A stretch of DNA of 64,000 bases, taken from positions 4,305 to 68,304 of the forward strand of contig CAZSTB010000003.1 in NCBI GenBank assembly GCA_964609855.1. The letters run 5' to 3'. Position 1 is the first letter of the stretch; the number at the start of each line of letters is the position of its first letter. Position numbers and translations under genes: made by a program. The notes under the pieces were generated by a model. The model was not told the origin of the DNA, searched no databases, and saw nothing but the letters and a program-made list of their open reading frames with translations. Origin of the DNA: an uncultured Bdellovibrionales bacterium (GTDB taxonomy: Bacteria > Patescibacteriota > Minisyncoccia > Moranbacterales > GWC2-37-73). Of this stretch, positions 58,956 to 64,000 are shown piece by piece.

Positions 58956-59318
58956 TTATTTCCAATCAACCTCAAGAGGACGAATTTCTTCGTGGAGAGC
59001 TGCTCCGCCAATCAAGTGCAGATGAATGTGATCAACTTCCTGTCCGCCATGCTTTCCAATTCTGAAAAGCAATTTATATCCATTCTCAGAAATTCCTAAT
59101 TGCGCCGCGATGTCTTTAGCAACCAGAATCATCTCTCCTAATAGCCGCACTTTCTCCATCGTAACATCATTAATAGAGGCAATATGTTCTTTAGGAATGA
59201 TCAGCACATGAACTGGCGCTATCGGATGAATATCTTTAAAAGCAATTATCTCCTTATTTTCAAAAATTATTTTAGCATCAAGTTTTTTTTGAATAATTTT
59301 ACAAAAAATACAATCCAT
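58956..59318 (-). CDS. Histidine triad (HIT) nucleotide-binding protein
   Basis: DCIFCKI, AFKDIHPIAPVHVLIIPK, GQEVDHIHLHLIGG. Confidence 0.95.
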   Translation of the reverse strand: MDCIFCKIIQKKLDAKIIFENKEIIAFKDIHPIAPVHVLIIPKEHIASINDVTMEKVRLLGEMILVAKDIAAQLGISENGYKLLFRIGKHGGQEVDHIHLHLIGGAALHEEIRPLEVDWK

Positions 59319-59458
59319 AATTTAACAAGCAAATCCTAATGTCAAAATCCTAATGTCAAATAAATGTTCAAAATCATAATTTTAGAAAATTTGGATTTAT
59401 ATAATTTTGATTTTATTTGACATTTGACATTTAGATTTTAGATTTTAGATTTTTTTAT

Positions 59459-60886
59459 TTATTCTTCGTGTGAAACCACTACATTATTTTTCAAGATTTT
59501 TTTTACGGCATTTATCAATCTCTCATTGGAAACTGTTTCTTGAGTTCCACTGATCATATCTTTAACAATCACCGTTTCATCTAAAGCTTCTTTTTGACCG
59601 ATAATCAAAGTGATTTCCACTTCCAATCTATCAGCAACGCGAAGCTGAGATTTAAGCGCGCCACGTCCGAAACTTTCTGCAGTTAAAATGCTATTTTTTT
59701 GCAGTTCTGCAAAAACATTCAAACTTTTCTTCTTAGCAAGATCTCCCAGCTGCGCTAAAAATACTCGCGGCTTAGGTTCTATGTATGATTTAGCATGAAC
59801 TCTTTTCATTTCAGCTACTAATCTATCGATTCCAAGTCCGAATCCAATTGCTGGTGTTGGCTCCCCACCCAAACTCTCAACAAGATTATCATAACGACCA
59901 CCACCTCCAAGCGAATATTTTCTTCCATCCTCATCTCCTGACCAGATTTCAAAAACAGTTTTAGTATAATAGCTCAATCCACGTACTAAACGAGGATTTA
60001 TAATATAAGGCAAGTCCAATTCATCGAGATATTCCAGCAAGCTCTTAAAATGCACGCGACATTCCACACAAAGATGATCTATGGATTGAGGCGCAACTGA
60101 AGAAACCTGCATACATTTATCCTCTTTGCAATCCAGGATTCTCAACGGATTAGTCTCCAAGCGACGCTTACAATTTTGACAAAGTTTTTGTTTTTTTGAT
60201 TCAAAGTAAGCAACTAAAAGATTTTGGTATTCTTTGCGGCATTTTGGGCAACCTATGGAATTAACTTGAAATTGGACATTCTTAATTCCAAGTCCTGACA
60301 CGACCCTATGTGCGGTTTGAATGAGCTGCGCATCCAATATCGGATCTTGCTCGCCAAAGGCATCGAAATTAGCTTGCCAAAGTTCCCTAAAGCAACCATC
60401 TTGAGGTCTATCATATCTAAAAGCTTGTCCTGTTGAAAATAATTTTACTGGCTTTGACAGCACATTCATCCCATGTTGAATGTAGGCTCGACAAACTCCA
60501 GCAGTAAATTCCGGTCGAAGTGCGACTTTATCGCCACTTTTAGTTGTGAAAGTGTACATTTCCTTATCAACAATGTCAGTACCTTTTCCAATCGAACTCG
60601 AAAACAAGTTTGCATATTCCATCACAGGTAGGTCAATGCGCTGAAAACCATATTCAAGCGCCATACGCGAGGTAACTTTGCGAATTTGATTCCAATAAGG
60701 CTGGTCACCCGGAAGCAGATCTCTCATTCCTCGAGGAGGTTGCATTACCAGTTCTTCCTTAACCACTTGAACTTTGGATTTTGAAGTTTTCTTAACACCT
60801 GCTCCGGCATTTTTTTTGCCAACGGTTTTTTTATCCATTTTTTTTGTAATAATTCCTTTAATTTGCTTACCTTGCAGTTTTGCCAT
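59459..60886 (-). CDS. hisS: Histidine--tRNA ligase
   Basis: RGMRD, DIVDKEMY, LRPEFTA, RYDRPQ, NPLRILDCK, LVRGLSYY, GGGRYD, anticodon-binding domain. Confidence 0.95.
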   Translation of the reverse strand: MAKLQGKQIKGIITKKMDKKTVGKKNAGAGVKKTSKSKVQVVKEELVMQPPRGMRDLLPGDQPYWNQIRKVTSRMALEYGFQRIDLPVMEYANLFSSSIGKGTDIVDKEMYTFTTKSGDKVALRPEFTAGVCRAYIQHGMNVLSKPVKLFSTGQAFRYDRPQDGCFRELWQANFDAFGEQDPILDAQLIQTAHRVVSGLGIKNVQFQVNSIGCPKCRKEYQNLLVAYFESKKQKLCQNCKRRLETNPLRILDCKEDKCMQVSSVAPQSIDHLCVECRVHFKSLLEYLDELDLPYIINPRLVRGLSYYTKTVFEIWSGDEDGRKYSLGGGGRYDNLVESLGGEPTPAIGFGLGIDRLVAEMKRVHAKSYIEPKPRVFLAQLGDLAKKKSLNVFAELQKNSILTAESFGRGALKSQLRVADRLEVEITLIIGQKEALDETVIVKDMISGTQETVSNERLINAVKKILKNNVVVSHEE

Positions 60887-61010
60887 AATGCTTAAAATAC
60901 ACAGCCAAGTAATGATTACAAGCTAATTTATCAGCTCAATAATCGCTTCTTGTATCTCCATATTTAAATATTAAGAATCAGATGTAGCGTGTTTAATGAA
61001 TTACCTATGT

Positions 61011-61643
61011 TTATAAAATCTCAGCCTTATCCAGCGGCCAGGCACGAATCAAAACTTTCCCAACAACGTCCTCCTCGGGAAGCGGTCCCCATGCTCGCGA
61101 GTCATGTGAAAATTGTCTATTGTCTCCAAGCACGAAATATTCATCACTTTTAAGCGCGACGGTTACCGCGCCGTTCGTATTCAATCCTGCTGGAAGATAA
61201 GCTTTTTCATCTAACAGCTCCCCTTCAGGATTTTCATTATTGAAAATCTTCACTTTTCCTCCCTCCACCTTTACTTGTTCACCAGGCAGCGCAATAACCC
61301 TTTTAATGAAAAATTGTGATGGATCTTTCGGATAACGAAAGACTACCACATCACCTCTCTTCAGCTCCTTAAAGGAATCTACGGTAAAAAAATGCTTGTC
61401 ACCTAAATTTGCCTCCGTTCGTTTGTAACCGAATTCATTCACTATAAGATAATCACCATCCTTAAAGTTTGGCTCCATACTCGCGCCTTGCACGAAAAAT
61501 GGCTGGAAGAGAAAAATCCTAATCGGTACAATAATAACTAACGCCCAGAAAAAAACTTTTATAATTTCCCAAAGAAAACTTCCGACACCATAATAAACAT
61601 CCTCATCATTTTCTAAAATTTCATCACCATTTAGATTTTCCAT
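61011..61643 (-). CDS. lepB: Signal peptidase I
   Basis: GASMEPNF (Ser), FIKRVIALPGE (Lys), GDNR..SHDSR. Confidence 0.96.
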   Translation of the reverse strand: MENLNGDEILENDEDVYYGVGSFLWEIIKVFFWALVIIVPIRIFLFQPFFVQGASMEPNFKDGDYLIVNEFGYKRTEANLGDKHFFTVDSFKELKRGDVVVFRYPKDPSQFFIKRVIALPGEQVKVEGGKVKIFNNENPEGELLDEKAYLPAGLNTNGAVTVALKSDEYFVLGDNRQFSHDSRAWGPLPEEDVVGKVLIRAWPLDKAEIL

Positions 61644-62221
61644 AAAAATAAGCAATCGCGCCAGCTAAATCTCTGGCGAAAATTTTTATAAATTATTTTC
61701 AAATCAATTCGCTCAGCTTCCAAATTCTGCAAATCTCCAAAAAACCTTGATTTACAGCGATAATAACACGTATTTTAACTTTATGCAAGAGTATGATAGT
61801 AAAAACTAACGAGGCTTTTTCTTGAATAATAATCAGCATTAGCCCTAGAGCAAGCCTGCATACCTTGTTCGACAATAAACAACTATTGTCTGAAAAAAAA
61901 TTTCACTTTCAAAACTGAATTTCTTTGACATTCAAGCTTCTATTGAGCTATTATACATTAAGATATCAATGAAAAATATTGCTTAAATGTATTTCTAAGT
62001 ATTACAAAGAATAAAGGTTTTAATACCCCAGGGAAAGCCCTAGACCCCTTTGTGCTCACGAGGCCCGTCTCGCATAGGGATTGTCAAGGTGTCTCGAGCT
62101 ACAAACCCCTTGATATTGTCGTTCGCTCGAAAATTGAAAGAGTACATCTTATTTCCCGCAACTTCGCTAGATAATAATATCCTTTCTCTCAAAAAATCAG
62201 CTAATTCTAGTTACATCAAAA

Positions 62222-63832
62222 ATGGACGGCATCAGAAAAAAAATCATTATCAGACCTCAGCCGATTTCCGAACCACTCAGAAAAGAATCGGCCGTCCCAA
62301 GACAACTTCTACGAAAAAAGGAGGAGCTTTTCATCTCAAAGGATGAGTCAGAGCAAATGGAAAAACATGAAAAATCTTTCCATAAAGGTTTGCGCACACG
62401 AAAAATTATTTGGACCATAATCATAGTTATTCTTTTACTGATTTTCGCAGGAGCAATCTTCATCTTTATCAAAACCTATCTCATTAGTAAAAAGATGAAC
62501 AGTCAGCAAAATATTAGTACAAATTTCTCACAAGATGTTCGCACCATAATCTCACCAATCATTCCACAAAAATCACAGATATTAAGAGGTCAGGAAACTG
62601 GACGAATCAACATCTTGCTACTGGGAGCTGCCGGACAAAACAAACCCGGAGGCAATCTTACCGACACAGTCATGATTGCTAGTATTGACCTACACAGCAA
62701 TAAAATTGCCTTTCTCTCACTGCCAAGAGATTTTTACGTGACAATTGCCGACAGCAATAGCTATGCAAAAATTAACAGTCTTTATCCGATCGGGATCAAG
62801 GATGAGAGAGGTACAGAATACATAAAAAAGACCGTTGAAAAAATTACCGGCATTACTTTGCACTATTATTTAGTAGTCGATTTTGAAGGATTCGAGAAAA
62901 TAATAGATGACATTGGCGGCATAAACATCATCTCTGAGCGTGATATATACGACGATCGTTATCCTGGTCCCAATTACAGCTACAAAACATTCGCCCTCTC
63001 CAAGGGACTGCATAGACTAGACGGCGAAACTGCACTCATGTACGCACGCGAAAGGCACGACGACCCCGAAGGAGATTTTGGCAGAGCGAAGCGTCAGCAG
63101 CAAATTATTCAAGCCGTAAAGAATAAATTCTTCTCAGCTCAAACACTTTTCAATGTCAGCACCTTAAACAATATCCTAAACACTCTCGGCGACAACATCA
63201 AAACCGACATAGCTTTCAATGATATCGAAAGTTTCATACAATTGACCAAAAAATTAGATACCCAAAACATCACCAATTCTGTAGTTGATGCCTGGAAGAA
63301 AGATAGCCTGCTAAAAGTTTCACACGTCCAAGTGGGAAATGTCAGCGCTTTCATCTTAATTCCACGCGTTGGTAACTACAGCGAAATCCAAGAACTTGCT
63401 CAAAATATTTTTAATCTTAATGAGCTGAAAAAACGCCAAGAGGAAATCGCCCAGGAAAAAGCCAGTATTAAAATTTTTAATGCCAGTGGCGATAACGCCC
63501 TGACAAAAAAAATTCAGACACTTCTTCAGGATAAACTGGATTTCAATAATGTCTCAGTTTCATATACTCAAGAACTGCAAACGCCCAGAAACAAAACAGT
63601 CATAATTGACCATTCGGGAGGTGCAAAAATTTTCACACTTGATGAGCTTGTAAAAAAGCTTCCCGCAGAAATAGCCCGCGATTTCACATTGCAAGAGGAA
63701 AACGCTGATATTATCATCATTCTTGGCAGCGACCTTACTGAAACTTATAAATTCGATGAGGATTCAGCTGAAGATTTTAAAAATTCCCAAGAAGATCAGA
63801 ATATTATCAATTTTACAAAAACTAATCGTTAG
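62222..63832 (+). CDS. LCP (LytR-CpsA-Psr) family protein with LytR C-terminal domain
   Basis: One TM, NILLLG, TDTVMI, SLPRD, KIN, DFGRAKRQQ; C-terminal IFNASG...DIIIILGSD. Confidence 0.92.
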   Translation: MDGIRKKIIIRPQPISEPLRKESAVPRQLLRKKEELFISKDESEQMEKHEKSFHKGLRTRKIIWTIIIVILLLIFAGAIFIFIKTYLISKKMNSQQNISTNFSQDVRTIISPIIPQKSQILRGQETGRINILLLGAAGQNKPGGNLTDTVMIASIDLHSNKIAFLSLPRDFYVTIADSNSYAKINSLYPIGIKDERGTEYIKKTVEKITGITLHYYLVVDFEGFEKIIDDIGGINIISERDIYDDRYPGPNYSYKTFALSKGLHRLDGETALMYARERHDDPEGDFGRAKRQQQIIQAVKNKFFSAQTLFNVSTLNNILNTLGDNIKTDIAFNDIESFIQLTKKLDTQNITNSVVDAWKKDSLLKVSHVQVGNVSAFILIPRVGNYSEIQELAQNIFNLNELKKRQEEIAQEKASIKIFNASGDNALTKKIQTLLQDKLDFNNVSVSYTQELQTPRNKTVIIDHSGGAKIFTLDELVKKLPAEIARDFTLQEENADIIIILGSDLTETYKFDEDSAEDFKNSQEDQNIINFTKTNR

Positions 63833-63942
63833 AAATTTTTAATTTAATTTTAATTTGAAACAAACTCTTAATTCCAAGTAATTTAAATAAATTTAAATTT
63901 GATAACAATTTTAAATTTTAAAATTTCAAATTTTCCTATCAT

Positions 63943-64000
63943 ATGAAACTAATAATTGCCCTAGGTAACCCAGGAAAGCAATATGAAAAAACCAGACACA
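63943..64000 (+). CDS. pth: Peptidyl-tRNA hydrolase, 5' fragment running off the window
   Basis: Hand translation MKLIIALGNPGKQYEKTRH matches the Pth N-terminal GLGNPG..Y..TRHN motif; not in the ORF track. Confidence 0.9.
   Translation, partial: MKLIIALGNPGKQYEKTRH

Noticed and set aside
322-63354. Many antisense or nested ORFs in the track (e.g. 5030..5482, 12558..13049, 18928..19323, 24795..25022, 54598..55002, 58366..58674, 62050..62346)
   Set aside because: They shadow well-supported genes on the opposite strand or in another frame and have no recognisable motifs.
1-64000. tRNA, rRNA, tmRNA or known riboswitch genes
   Set aside because: None recognised by eye in any spacer; a covariance-model scan is needed to exclude divergent ones.

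Overview
AT-rich bacterial chromosome segment, almost entirely on the minus strand. It looks like Patescibacteria/CPR (Parcubacteria, plausibly Moranbacteria-like); this is inferred from the missing rpmD, the SD-less core genes and the gene order. Genetic code 11. Contents in order: a four-glycosyltransferase cluster, ruvX, map-adk-secY with the spc and S10 ribosomal protein genes, tuf, an ~8.4 kb accessory block that splits the str operon (two NUDIX, HD, ITPase, ABC exporter, PUR-like gene), fusA-rpsG-rpsL, rpmB, proteases, four tiny SD-led orphan ORFs, a tandem array of four secreted polysaccharide-lyase/ConA-like paralogs, ndk, split comEC, an ApbE + ferric-reductase-like flavinylation cluster, the nrdR-nrdD-(mini-nrdD)-nrdG locus, ftsA/ftsZ, dgkA-ybeY-yqeY-rpsU, HIT, hisS, lepB, an LCP protein and the start of pth. 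I recognised no rRNA, tRNA, CRISPR array or transposase. Strongest leads: (1) the cassette-like array of secreted proteins with conserved DNA ends, variable cores and a shared C-terminal DxxAPAxPxGLxVE tail; (2) a stand-alone copy of the NrdD glycyl-radical domain, a possible GrcA-like spare part; (3) rpsU as the only ribosomal protein gene here with an 11-nt Shine-Dalgarno, suggesting bS21 autoregulation; (4) ApbE with no canonical flavinylation substrate; (5) two diverged, inverted copies of a covarying structured element; (6) 7/8-mer inverted tandem repeats in many intergenic spacers. Several single lesions (in-frame TAG, in-frame TGA, comEC internal deletion, 52-bp duplication) may be real or assembly errors. 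Where I changed a start codon from the ORF track, the choice is my judgement.
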